Origin: Candidatus Giovannonibacteria bacterium
GTDB taxonomy: Bacteria; Patescibacteriota; Minisyncoccia; UBA11713; 2-01-FULL-45-33
Reading direction: 5' to 3'
Assembly: GCA_016432405.1 (NCBI GenBank)
Contig: CP066687.1
Span: 283,040-347,039 of the forward strand
Length of the DNA: 64,000 nucleotides
The notes beneath the pieces are model-generated. The model searched no databases. It saw only the letters and a list, made by a program, of their open reading frames with translations, and was not told the origin of the DNA. The stretch's first letter is position 1; each line of letters opens with the position of its first letter. Both the position numbers and the translations under genes were made by a program. Shown here piece after piece: positions 1 through 8,890 of this stretch.

Positions 1-70
1 CGCCGCTTATTTTTTCCACAATCTTTTTGTTTTTGACAATCTTACCTCCTATTTCATTTTTTTCTCGGTT

Positions 71-1018
71 TTGGGTTTCGTGCAATTTTTGGGAAGCGTT
101 CAGCAAAGAGATTTCCGACCCCCCGCTGAATCTTTTGCCAAATACGTCGCCGTCATTTTTGTTTTTCTCGCAGTTTTATTCTCTTTATATTTTTTGAATT
201 TTAAACCGCTTTTGGCAAACCAGAGATTGCTTGACGCGCTGAAGGGCATGGCGACGGATTCCGGAAACGTTGACAAAGTTTTGGCGGATTTTGACAGGGT
301 GTTTGAACTTAAGACCTTCGGCAACGGGGAAGCCAGGGAGCAGCTCGCCGGCTACGCAAACAAAATCGCAGGATTTAACGTCCCGATGGAGCTCAAGGTT
401 AAGGCGGTGCAAAAAGCCGTTTCCGAGATGGAGCGCCAGGTTGCGGAGAACCCGAAAGACGCCCGCGCGTACCTTTTTCTTTCGGCGCTTTATTTGAAAA
501 TCGGGCGGATTGACGACGGGCTCGCAATTCTCGCCAAGGCGCATGAATTGTCGCCGCAAAAACAGCAAATTTATTTTTTACTGGCTGACGCGCACATTAC
601 GAAAGGGGACAACAAAAAGGCCCTGGAAATTTTACAGGAGGCCTACGACCTTGACCCGACTTACGGGGAGGCGGTGAGAAACCTGGCTTTGGCCGCCATA
701 ATTAATGGGGACGAAAATTATGCCGAAAAAGTTTTATCAAAGGTTTTTAAAAACGGAATAACTAACGACCAAAACCTTCTTGCGGCTTACGCTAGAGTGG
801 GGAACTACAAAAAGGTCCGCGATATCTGGCTGCTCTTTATAAAACTGGAACCCCAAAACGCCCAGTACCGCGTGAGCTTGGCGGCAACTTATATGCAGCT
901 GGGGGAGCGTCAAAATGCCATAAAAGAGCTTCAAAAAGCCATAGAGCTTAATCCACAATTTAAGCCGCAGGGAGAGTATTTTATAGAGGAAATACGGGCA
1001 GGGAGAAATCCCCAGTAA
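71..1018 (+). CDS. TPR (tetratricopeptide) repeat protein, N-terminal membrane anchor
   Basis: Repeated 34-aa TPR-like units (AYLFLSALYLKIGRIDDGLAILAKAHELSP, FLLADAHITKGDNKKALEILQEAYDLDP); hydrophobic N-terminus. Confidence 0.7.
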   Translation: MGFVQFLGSVQQRDFRPPAESFAKYVAVIFVFLAVLFSLYFLNFKPLLANQRLLDALKGMATDSGNVDKVLADFDRVFELKTFGNGEAREQLAGYANKIAGFNVPMELKVKAVQKAVSEMERQVAENPKDARAYLFLSALYLKIGRIDDGLAILAKAHELSPQKQQIYFLLADAHITKGDNKKALEILQEAYDLDPTYGEAVRNLALAAIINGDENYAEKVLSKVFKNGITNDQNLLAAYARVGNYKKVRDIWLLFIKLEPQNAQYRVSLAATYMQLGERQNAIKELQKAIELNPQFKPQGEYFIEEIRAGRNPQ

Positions 1019-1138
1019 GCCCGCTCCGACACGACGTCGGAGTTATCCACAACCGGCCTGTTGGCGCATAATGCTATAATAGAAACAGTTTAAAGCGTCG
1101 AACTTTAATTATTCGTTTTTATTAGCATTAAAATTTTT

Positions 1139-1984
1139 ATGAAGAATTTTCTTCTGTCAAAGAAACAGTCCATCACCGTGGCGGCGTCTGGACTTGTTTC
1201 CGTACTAATGGTCGCGGGGATTGTTTATTCCGCAACCACTATTAGCACTAATGTAAACACCGGAGGGACGCTCACGGTTTCGGGCGCCTCCACTCTTACG
1301 GGGACTGTTGCGGTCGCGTCTTCCACTCCGTCCGATACCGCCATGGTTTCGGTCCAGGGCAATGTGTATATTGCGGGCAATTTGATGAACGTTTCCAATA
1401 TCACCGCAACCGGCACACTTTCGGTAACAGGCGCTTCAACGCTGACCGGAGCCATAACTACGGGCAGCACTTTGGGAGTTTCAACTTCCACGCCCTTTGC
1501 CTTGGTTGGCAATAGTTTGGCGGTTCAGGGCAGCGTTTACCTTTCCGGCGCTTTAGTGAATGTTTCCAATGTCACCGCAACAGGAACGCTTGCGGTAACA
1601 GGCGCAACCACTTTAAGCAGCACTTTAGGAGTAACCGGCCTCACTACTCTCGGCTACGCTTCTTCCACCGGCGGTATTTCAATTTCTACCGGCGCTAACT
1701 CATTAATGGTTTCCGGCACTGCCACAACCACGGGATCCTCCGGACAGTTCGCGACCCAAGGGTTCATCGGCGCGGGGGGGACTTCCACTCCGGCGGCGGA
1801 ATTGTCTGCTACAAGTGCCGCTACTACGACTTTATATTTAGATACCAGCGGAACAAAGAAAGGCAGCTGTATTGAGCTTGTGCGGTCACATGATGGTGTT
1901 GTGTTCAGACTTTCTGTTGGCACGACAACGTTAGATAACTTTAACACAACGGTTTTGCTGGTTGAGGCAGGCGCTTGCAAGTAA
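1139..1984 (+). CDS. Repeat-rich Thr/Gly/Ser/Val secreted or surface protein (N-terminal signal anchor)
   Basis: N-terminal TM segment, then degenerate repeats TLTVSGASTLTGTVAVASS / TGTLSVTGASTLTGAITTGS; low-complexity beta-rich composition. Confidence 0.5.
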   Translation: MKNFLLSKKQSITVAASGLVSVLMVAGIVYSATTISTNVNTGGTLTVSGASTLTGTVAVASSTPSDTAMVSVQGNVYIAGNLMNVSNITATGTLSVTGASTLTGAITTGSTLGVSTSTPFALVGNSLAVQGSVYLSGALVNVSNVTATGTLAVTGATTLSSTLGVTGLTTLGYASSTGGISISTGANSLMVSGTATTTGSSGQFATQGFIGAGGTSTPAAELSATSAATTTLYLDTSGTKKGSCIELVRSHDGVVFRLSVGTTTLDNFNTTVLLVEAGACK

Positions 1985-2016
1985 GTTTGACAAGTAAATA
2001 ATTACAAAAATTACTC

Positions 2017-3180
2017 ATGAAAATTTACTTTAAAATTTTCGCCATCTTAATGTCAGTTCCTTTTGCCTTTGCCTCGGCTGTGGGAGACGCGACTCTACAG
2101 CCGGGCGTCATAATTACTTTAAATGGCAAAAATTGGACTGTTTCAGGAAACGCGTCTGTTATGGATTCTATAACGGTCAATGAGGCCGATTTTTCCGTGA
2201 CTATGTCCGCAGGCCAGACCATCAAGCTGAATTCCACGGACAGAGTGACTCTAACCGTGCCGGAAACCGCTTCAATACAATCCAGCGCGGCTTGCACTTC
2301 GTCAGATAATACTCACACAATAACCAACCCATCCGGCGGCGCAACCGCAACTTTTTCCGTTACCGGTAACACTACTACTTGCAGCACTGGCGGTGGAGGC
2401 GGCGGTGGCGGAGGAGGAGGCGGTGGTGGCGGTGGTGGCGGCTCTTACGCGCCAACCGTTCCGGTTGTGTCGCAAACACCGGCCGCAACGGCCGCCCAGC
2501 CATCTCCAGTAGCTCAAGCCGTAAGTCCGGTTTTTAACAGCGATCTGGCCATTGGTTCAAGAGGCAATGACGTGACGCGACTCCAACAATTACTGGCTCG
2601 GGATGAAAGTATTTATCCGGAGGGGACAGTCAGCGGTTATTTTGGGAATTTGACTGCGCAAGCGGTTAAACGTTTCCAGGCAAAATACGGCATCTCGCAA
2701 GTCGGCAGAGTAGGCCCGCAGACAAGGGCAAAACTGGAAGAAGTTTTCGGGAAAGCAACCCCGGCCGCGCCCGAAGTGGCCCAACCCCCACCGATTACAC
2801 CGCTTTTCTCATCCGGCTTGAGCATCGGCGTGGTTAGCGAAGATGTGAAGTTCCTGCAGCAGATTTTGAACTCCGACCCCGATACTCAAGTTTCTTCTTT
2901 CGGCGTCGGCTCTCCGGGTGAGGAGACGACTTATTTCGGCTCTCTTACCGGGCGCGCCGTTCAAAAATTCCAGGTGAAATACGGAATTGCCAAAGCCGGC
3001 GATCCCGGCTATGGATATGTGGGGCCAAAAACTCGCGCAAAGCTGGGAGTAATTTTTGGAGTCGCTCCCGCCCCGACTCCCACGCCCGCGCCTGCACCGA
3101 CGCCAACTCCGGCTCCGACGCCGTCTTCAAGCGAAGTCCCATGGTTCCTGCAGCTGCAATCCGCTCCGAGAGCCCAATAA
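2017..3180 (+). CDS. Secreted protein with poly-Gly tract, two peptidoglycan-binding-like repeats and a Pro/Thr linker
   Basis: Signal peptide MKIYFKIFAILMSVPFAFA; G18 tract; duplicated module DLAIGSRGNDVTRLQQLL...YFGNLTAQAVKRFQAKYGI / LSIGVVSEDVKFLQQIL...YFGSLTGRAVQKFQVKYGI (PG_binding_1-like); APAPTPTPAPAPTPTP tail. Confidence 0.55.
   Translation: MKIYFKIFAILMSVPFAFASAVGDATLQPGVIITLNGKNWTVSGNASVMDSITVNEADFSVTMSAGQTIKLNSTDRVTLTVPETASIQSSAACTSSDNTHTITNPSGGATATFSVTGNTTTCSTGGGGGGGGGGGGGGGGGGSYAPTVPVVSQTPAATAAQPSPVAQAVSPVFNSDLAIGSRGNDVTRLQQLLARDESIYPEGTVSGYFGNLTAQAVKRFQAKYGISQVGRVGPQTRAKLEEVFGKATPAAPEVAQPPPITPLFSSGLSIGVVSEDVKFLQQILNSDPDTQVSSFGVGSPGEETTYFGSLTGRAVQKFQVKYGIAKAGDPGYGYVGPKTRAKLGVIFGVAPAPTPTPAPAPTPTPAPTPSSSEVPWFLQLQSAPRAQ
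2392..2445. repeat. Imperfect GGN trinucleotide tract (encodes Gly18)
   Basis: ggcggtggaggcggcggtggcggaggaggaggcggtggtggcggtggtggcggc. Confidence 0.9.
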
Positions 3181-3235
3181 TCCGAAATTGATTTTCAAAA
3201 CCACCCCGCGAGCGGGGTGGTTTTACTAATATAAT

Positions 3236-4018
3236 ATGAAAGTTCTTGTAACCGGCGGAGCCGGGTTTATTGGATCGCATTTGGTTGATGCCTTAATAGA
3301 AAAAGGGCATGAAGTGCATATTATTGATAATTTAGAAACGGGGAAGCGCGAAAATATAAATCCGAAAGCCGTTTTTCACCAAGCTGATATAAAAAATTAT
3401 AATGTGCTTCGCGCCGCGCAAAAAGCCGGAGTCAAAAAACTGATTTACTCCAGCTCATCCTCGGTGTATGGAAAAAACTCCACGCCTTTCCGCGAAGACA
3501 TGAAGCCCGATCCGTTGAATCCGTACGCGGCCCAAAAACTCATGGGCGAGTTGTACTGCAGAAATTTTTCGGAGCTTTATGGCTTGCCGACCGTGATTTT
3601 AAGATATTTTAACGTTTACGGGCCGAGAGAAATTTTGACCGGGGCATACGCTACTGTTATCGGCATTTTCCGCCAGCAACTAAAAGAAGGGAAACCAATG
3701 ACTATGGTGGCGGATGGGAATAAAAAAACGCGCGATTTCACACATGTTAAGGATGTTGTCTGCGCGAATATTTTAGCGATGGAATCCACAAAAGTAGGCA
3801 AGGCGGAGATAATAAATATCGGCACTGGCAAAAATTATACCGTAAAAGAGCTGGCAGATATGTTTGGCGGGCCGATTCAGATTATCCCCGCGCGTATCGG
3901 AGAGACGGCGGTTACTTTGGCTGATAATTCAAAAGCCCGCGAGATTTTAGGCTGGGAGCCAACCACTTCTCTTCCGGAGGGCATTGCGGGACTCAAAAAA
4001 CTTCACGGCTTGGTATAA
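3236..4018 (+). CDS. NAD-dependent epimerase/dehydratase (short GalE/WcaG-like)
   Basis: Rossmann motif VTGGAGFIGSHLVDAL; YxxxK-type catalytic region (NPYAAQK). Confidence 0.75.
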   Translation: MKVLVTGGAGFIGSHLVDALIEKGHEVHIIDNLETGKRENINPKAVFHQADIKNYNVLRAAQKAGVKKLIYSSSSSVYGKNSTPFREDMKPDPLNPYAAQKLMGELYCRNFSELYGLPTVILRYFNVYGPREILTGAYATVIGIFRQQLKEGKPMTMVADGNKKTRDFTHVKDVVCANILAMESTKVGKAEIINIGTGKNYTVKELADMFGGPIQIIPARIGETAVTLADNSKAREILGWEPTTSLPEGIAGLKKLHGLV

Positions 4019-5202
4019 ATGTCAACCGTCTCTTTGAGCATCTTATCAAACGAGAATTTTTGGGAGACGAGTTCGTGATTTTTCTGCCCCATTTGTTGGC
4101 GGAGCCCCCCGTCGTCTAAAAGTTTTTTTATGGCCCCGGCAAGCGCTTCAGGGTTTTTCGGCGGAACCAAAATGCCGGATTCGCCGTCTTTGATTATCCA
4201 CGGGATTCCGCCGACTTTGGTCGCGACAACCGGAAGTCCGGCTTGCCCGGCTTCAATAAGCGTATACCCGAGCGCTTCGGTAACAGACGGCAAAACAAAA
4301 ATATCAAAGGATTTAAAGTATTTGGCGGCATCCAGCACAAAGCCCAAAAGAAAAACTTTGTCTTGCAATTTTGTGTCAGAAATTTGAAGCCGGAGTTTTT
4401 CGCCGTCCTCACCTGACCCGAGTATTAAAAGCCGGAAATCATGGTCGGTCAGTTTGCCCGCGGCTTCAATTAAATAAACAACTCCTTTATTTTTAGTGAG
4501 TTCCGCGACGCATCCGACCCATAGGCCCGGAAACTCTTTGTTGCCTGAATTTGTTTTACTTAGAGCGCCAGTAAGCTCTTGTTTTGCTTCTTCTCTCGGC
4601 AGCAATTCTGCGGGCCGCAGGCCTTGCTCCGTGAAAAAAATTTTTTTTCTGGAGAACGGGAAATACATCGCTTGGCTGTGCATGGCTCTGGAGAGCGTAA
4701 TAATTTTGTGGCAGAAGATAACCGTAATCCATTGCGCAAGGAAAATAATAAGCCGCGCGACGTAAGGCCTGTCTTCATTAAAGCCCCAGCCGTGGGCGGT
4801 GAAAACTATGAGTGGCCCGCTTCGCCCGTGAAGCGAGGCGAGCGAGTGACGAGTGACGAGTGACGAGATTCTTGCGGCTAATGCCCCGAGCCCGCCCGCC
4901 TTGCTGCTGTTTAAGTGAATGATGTCCGGGCGCTCGCTTTTGAAAATTTTCAAAAGAGCAAAAAGCGATAAAAATTCTTTTATGATGCTGATGTCGCGCT
5001 GCAAAAAAGGAATTGGTATGGTGCGGATGCCGGCTCGGTTCAACTTCTCCGTTAAAACGCCTTCTCCGCCGGCGGCGACTGCGATGTCAAACACTTCTTT
5101 ATCCAGAGAGGTTGCGGTATCATAAACGTATCTTTGGGCCCCACCCCAGTTTGATTTGGTAATTACGTATAAAATTTTCGTCTTTTTATTTAAATCAGGC
5201 AT
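4003..5202 (-). CDS. Glycosyltransferase family 4 (GT-B fold)
   Basis: C-terminal GT4 signature EALGYTLIEAGQAGLPVVATKVGGIPWIIKDGESGILV; start taken at MPDLNKK (ATG 5202) rather than the upstream TTG. Confidence 0.75.
   Translation of the reverse strand: MPDLNKKTKILYVITKSNWGGAQRYVYDTATSLDKEVFDIAVAAGGEGVLTEKLNRAGIRTIPIPFLQRDISIIKEFLSLFALLKIFKSERPDIIHLNSSKAGGLGALAARISSLVTRHSLASLHGRSGPLIVFTAHGWGFNEDRPYVARLIIFLAQWITVIFCHKIITLSRAMHSQAMYFPFSRKKIFFTEQGLRPAELLPREEAKQELTGALSKTNSGNKEFPGLWVGCVAELTKNKGVVYLIEAAGKLTDHDFRLLILGSGEDGEKLRLQISDTKLQDKVFLLGFVLDAAKYFKSFDIFVLPSVTEALGYTLIEAGQAGLPVVATKVGGIPWIIKDGESGILVPPKNPEALAGAIKKLLDDGGLRQQMGQKNHELVSQKFSFDKMLKETVDIYTKP
4844..4867. repeat. Tandem heptanucleotide repeat (gagtgac x3 + gag) inside the GT4 CDS
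   Basis: gagtgacgagtgacgagtgacgag; repeat unit is not a multiple of 3. Confidence 0.85.
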
Positions 5203-6613
5203 GTATAATTGGAATGTCAAATCAAAGTTTCTTGTTCTGGTCCTGCTTTTTGGCGATTTGCTGTCTTTCGTCTTGGCCCTTTGGGCGTCCTTGACCGTCC
5301 GCTTTTTTTTTCTGCCGTACGGGAGTTATCTTTGGTCATATAGGGTTTTTTTGGAAGACCACTTATTGCCATTCAGCTTGATATTTTTGATGTGGATTTT
5401 GGTCTTGTATCTCGCTGGGTTTTACAGCACTCTTGTAATCGGCTATCGGCTTTCTCTGGCGCAGGCCTTGGTCAGGGTCCATGTTATAAACAGCGTGATA
5501 GCGGTTGTTTTCTTTTATATTTTCCTGCCGTATTTTTTTCTGGCGCCGAAAGCGAATTTAATCTTATACCTTATTTTTTCTTTCGCGCTTTTGTTTTTAT
5601 GGAGAGCGTGGAATATGCCGTTTTTGAAAAACGCTTTCGGCGCCGCCACCCTTTATTTTATCGGGCCGGGTCCGGAGCTCCGGGAGCTCGTTATGGCTTT
5701 TTCGCACAATCCTTACTACAGCAATATAAGGGTGGTCGGCGCGAAGCGCGCCGAGGAAATAAAATCGGCATCTGACATAGATCTTTCCGCGCTGGAGCGC
5801 GCCGCCGCCGCAGGCGGATTCGCCGCCGTGGTTTCGCCGACTTCCATAGGAGCGCCCTATCAACATAACGAAGCGATTGTAAGAAAGTTTTACGAGCCGA
5901 TATTTAAGGGCGTGCAGTTTTTCAGTTTTCAGAAATTTTATGAATCCGTTTTCCACAAGGTTCCGGCGTCTTTGGTTGACGAGGCGTGGCTTTTGGAAAA
6001 TATATCCTCTCCCTCCCGCGCTATTTACGATTTTGCGAAGAGGTTCGTTGATATAATTATTTCATTGTCCGCCGGAATAATTTCTTTGATATTTTACCCG
6101 TTTATAATTTTGGCCATGAAACTGGACGACGGCGGGCCGGTTTTTTACGTGCCCGAACGCGTCGGACAGAACGGCAGAAAGTTCAGGCCCTTTAAATTTC
6201 GCACGATGAAAGTGGGGGCGCCCGTCAGCTGGTTTGAAAAGGGCGACCCGCGCGTCACGAAAATAGGCAGATTTTTGCGGAAGACGTCTTTGGACGAGCT
6301 GCCCCAGCTCTGGAACGTTTTTTTGGGCGACATAAGCTTGGTGGGCCCGCGGCCGGACGTGGCGGATTTCGCGCGGGAGCTTGAACAAAAAATTCCTTAT
6401 TATAAAGTGCGCACGCTGGTTAAGCCGGGGCTTACCGGCTGGGCGCAGGTTTCCCAAAAAGTCAAAGGAGAGAACCCCAGCTCGATGGAGGAAACAAAGG
6501 AGCGCTTGACGTATGACCTTTACTACATCAAAAACAGGTCGTTTCTTCTGGACTTGGCGATAATTTTAAAAACACTGCACTTGGTCTTATCCAGAATCGG
6601 GTTTTTCAAATAA
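5201..6613 (+). CDS. Polyprenyl-phosphate sugar phosphotransferase (bacterial sugar transferase, WbaP/CpsE family)
   Basis: N-terminal TM helices; C-terminal catalytic domain KFRTMKVGA...LDELPQLWNVFLGDISLVGPRP...PGLTGWAQV; an upstream in-frame ATG at 5156 is also possible. Confidence 0.8.
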   Translation: MYNWNVKSKFLVLVLLFGDLLSFVLALWASLTVRFFFLPYGSYLWSYRVFLEDHLLPFSLIFLMWILVLYLAGFYSTLVIGYRLSLAQALVRVHVINSVIAVVFFYIFLPYFFLAPKANLILYLIFSFALLFLWRAWNMPFLKNAFGAATLYFIGPGPELRELVMAFSHNPYYSNIRVVGAKRAEEIKSASDIDLSALERAAAAGGFAAVVSPTSIGAPYQHNEAIVRKFYEPIFKGVQFFSFQKFYESVFHKVPASLVDEAWLLENISSPSRAIYDFAKRFVDIIISLSAGIISLIFYPFIILAMKLDDGGPVFYVPERVGQNGRKFRPFKFRTMKVGAPVSWFEKGDPRVTKIGRFLRKTSLDELPQLWNVFLGDISLVGPRPDVADFARELEQKIPYYKVRTLVKPGLTGWAQVSQKVKGENPSSMEETKERLTYDLYYIKNRSFLLDLAIILKTLHLVLSRIGFFK

Positions 6614-6623
6614 AATTATAACC

Positions 6624-7625
6624 ATGAAAATTTTTATAACCGGAACGTCGGGATACATAGGCGGGATGCTCGCTGACCGCTTTGCTGAAAATCAGGAAGT
6701 TGAAAAAATAATCGCTTTGGATACGAATTCGGACTTGGCAACTCGGTTGCCAAGTGGCAACCGAGTTGCTTTGGTTCAGCATAATCTTGGCGACCCCGGC
6801 TGGGAAGAAAAGGTCTTGGCCGCAGGCAGGCCGGACGTTGTTATCCATTGCGCCTACGTTATCCGCGAGGGCTACGGTAAAAAAAGGGCCTGGCAGATAA
6901 AATCCAATATCACCGCGGCCGAGAAGGTTTTTGATTTTGTTTCAAAAAACAAGATACCGCGGCTTATACATTTTTCAACCGTCGCTTCTTACGGCGCGCT
7001 TCCCGGTAATTCCACGAACTATAAATTCAAAGAATCCGACCCTTTCCGCGAGGAAAAGTATCTTTACGGCGCGGATAAAAAAATAATTGAAGAAAAATTA
7101 AAAGCCGCGCTTCAGCCGTCTTCCGCGACGCAGGTTTTGGTAATCCGCCCGTGCGCCATCACGGGTCCCCGGGGGCAGTTTATGTTCAAGCGCTTCGGAC
7201 TTCTGCGCGCGGTAAAATTTGGCCTCCCGGTTGTGCCGGTGACTGGGCCGGATTCCGCGAGGCAGTTTGTCCACGAAGACGATATCTGGGAGGCCGTCCG
7301 GTTTATGGCAGACGGAGAGGTGTCTTCAAAATACGAAGTTTTCAACGTTGCTCCGGCCGACTTCTTTTTGCTGAAAGATATGGCGAAAGAAATCAGCAAA
7401 CTCTCAATAAGGGTGCCGATGTGGCTGGGGAAACTATGCTTCGGCGTTTTGTGGCATCTTTCGCGGGGGAGGATTCCAACGGTCCCGGCGGGCATCAATT
7501 CTTACACTTACCCGATTATCGTTGACGGCTCAAAAATCACAAACTATGGATTTAAGTACCAATACACCGGCCGCGAGGCGCTTAAAGCGGATAGGGGCTA
7601 CTACAGCCGTTTTGTGGATAAATAA
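6624..7625 (+). CDS. NAD-dependent epimerase/dehydratase family protein
   Basis: ITGTSGYIGGMLADRF Rossmann motif; SDR-extended architecture. Confidence 0.65.
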   Translation: MKIFITGTSGYIGGMLADRFAENQEVEKIIALDTNSDLATRLPSGNRVALVQHNLGDPGWEEKVLAAGRPDVVIHCAYVIREGYGKKRAWQIKSNITAAEKVFDFVSKNKIPRLIHFSTVASYGALPGNSTNYKFKESDPFREEKYLYGADKKIIEEKLKAALQPSSATQVLVIRPCAITGPRGQFMFKRFGLLRAVKFGLPVVPVTGPDSARQFVHEDDIWEAVRFMADGEVSSKYEVFNVAPADFFLLKDMAKEISKLSIRVPMWLGKLCFGVLWHLSRGRIPTVPAGINSYTYPIIVDGSKITNYGFKYQYTGREALKADRGYYSRFVDK

Positions 7626-7626
7626 C

Positions 7627-7654
7627 TTGACAAATATAATGGATTTGCTAGGAT
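7627..7654 (+). promoter_or_regulatory. Sigma70-like promoter (TTGACA -16 nt- TAGGAT) driving a short terminated transcript
   Basis: -35 TTGACA 7627-7632, -10 TAGGAT 7649-7654. Confidence 0.4.
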
Positions 7655-7660
7655 AGGGGC

Positions 7661-7742
7661 ATGTGAGTGTTTCCGCCGATAAGGCGGGTACATGTCTATG
7701 TCTGCACAAAGCCCGCGATTTATCACGGGTTTTGTGTTTTTT
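7661..7742 (+). ncRNA. Candidate small RNA (about 80 nt) between promoter and intrinsic terminator
   Basis: Hairpin ccgccgataaggcggg; terminator cccgcgatttatcacggg + ttttgtgtttttt (7711-7742); no credible ORF. Confidence 0.3.
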
Positions 7743-7892
7743 AATGGCACTTTTCGCGCTTGAGGGGGCTACGGAGGGTTGTACTCCTTCTATGTCATTT
7801 ATGTGAGTGCCGGCTCCGTAACCCCCCAAAGCGCAAAAGCCGATTATCCACATATTGATATTAGCACCGTATAAATTAATATTAAATTACGG

Positions 7893-8471
7893 ATGGTCCC
7901 CAAAAAAATATTTTTTACGAAAGGAGTCGGCGCGCATAAAGAAAAACTGGCGTCTTTTGAGCTGGCTTTGCGGGATGCCGGCATTGCCCACTGCAATTTA
8001 ATTTTGGTCTCCAGCATCTATCCTCCGGGAGTCAAAAAAATTTCCAAGGAAGAAGGGGTAAAATCAATCAGGCCGGGCGAAATTGTCTTTTGCGTCTACG
8101 ACCGCGAGTCCACCAACGAACCCAACCGTCTCATCGCGGCTTCTGTGGGGCTGGCTATTCCGGCCGACCCAGAACAGCACGGCTATCTTTCAGAGCATCA
8201 CGCTTACGGAGAGACCGAAGAAAAAGCCGGAGAATACGCCGAGGATTTGGCGGCGAGCATGTTGGCCACGATTTTGGGCATTGAGTTTAACTCGGATACC
8301 GCTTGGGATGAGAGAGAGCAGCTTTTTAAAATGTCCGGTAAGATTGTGCGCACGTCAAACGTCACCCAATCGGCTATCGGCAACAAAGACGGCCTTTGGA
8401 CGACGGTCTTTGCGGCCGCGGTGTTCGTGGAAGATAACAATGATAACGCGCCGGAACAAAAAACAACATGA
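7893..8471 (+). CDS. pdaD: Pyruvoyl-dependent arginine decarboxylase
   Basis: [41 protein letters not shown] matches the PdaD family N-terminus; about 190 aa. Confidence 0.65.
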   Translation: MVPKKIFFTKGVGAHKEKLASFELALRDAGIAHCNLILVSSIYPPGVKKISKEEGVKSIRPGEIVFCVYDRESTNEPNRLIAASVGLAIPADPEQHGYLSEHHAYGETEEKAGEYAEDLAASMLATILGIEFNSDTAWDEREQLFKMSGKIVRTSNVTQSAIGNKDGLWTTVFAAAVFVEDNNDNAPEQKTT

Positions 8472-8815
8472 GAGTTTCGCTGAAAGGCACGAATATCCAG
8501 CTTTTGGAATCAACCCGGGAATATGTTGATAAAAAAATCGTGCGATCTGCGGAAAAACTGCTGGTTCACGATGGCGATGCCCTATCTTTGGAAATTGAAG
8601 TTGGTAAAACCACCCGCCACCACAAAACCGGGCCGTATTTCCGCGCCGAGGCGAATTTGTCCGTCGGCAAGACAATGCTCCGCGCCGAGGCCTTGGGCGA
8701 AACCTTAAACGAAGCCATTGATTTGGTTGAGGGGGAACTTACGCGCGAAATAAAAAAATTCAAGGAAAAAAAACGGACGATGCTTTTGAGAAGCGCGAGA
8801 AAAATAAAATTGTGA
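8468..8815 (+). CDS. hpf: Ribosome hibernation-promoting factor / ribosome-associated inhibitor (HPF/RaiA family)
   Basis: [24 protein letters not shown]...[21 protein letters not shown]; start overlaps pdaD stop (ATGA). Confidence 0.8.
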   Translation: MRVSLKGTNIQLLESTREYVDKKIVRSAEKLLVHDGDALSLEIEVGKTTRHHKTGPYFRAEANLSVGKTMLRAEALGETLNEAIDLVEGELTREIKKFKEKKRTMLLRSARKIKL

Positions 8816-8816
8816 C

Positions 8817-8854
8817 TATACTCAATTATTCACGATCGGACGAAAGTGAGTATA
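8817..8854. repeat. CGATCG-loop hairpin element (arms tatactca/tgagtata) in the secA 5' region
   Basis: tatactcaattattcacgatcggacgaaagtgagtata. Confidence 0.6.
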
Positions 8855-8890
8855 TCGACTTTTCGGGTTTTTTTGTGTAAAATATGCATC

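Noticed and set aside
2302-2517. Minus-strand 71-aa ORF across the poly-Gly region
   Set aside because: Low-complexity antisense reading of the GGN repeat (Ala/Thr/Ser run); no support.
7530-7853. Minus-strand 107-aa ORF between epimerase and pdaD
   Set aside because: Overlaps a promoter-hairpin-terminator unit on the plus strand; no RBS; likely non-coding.
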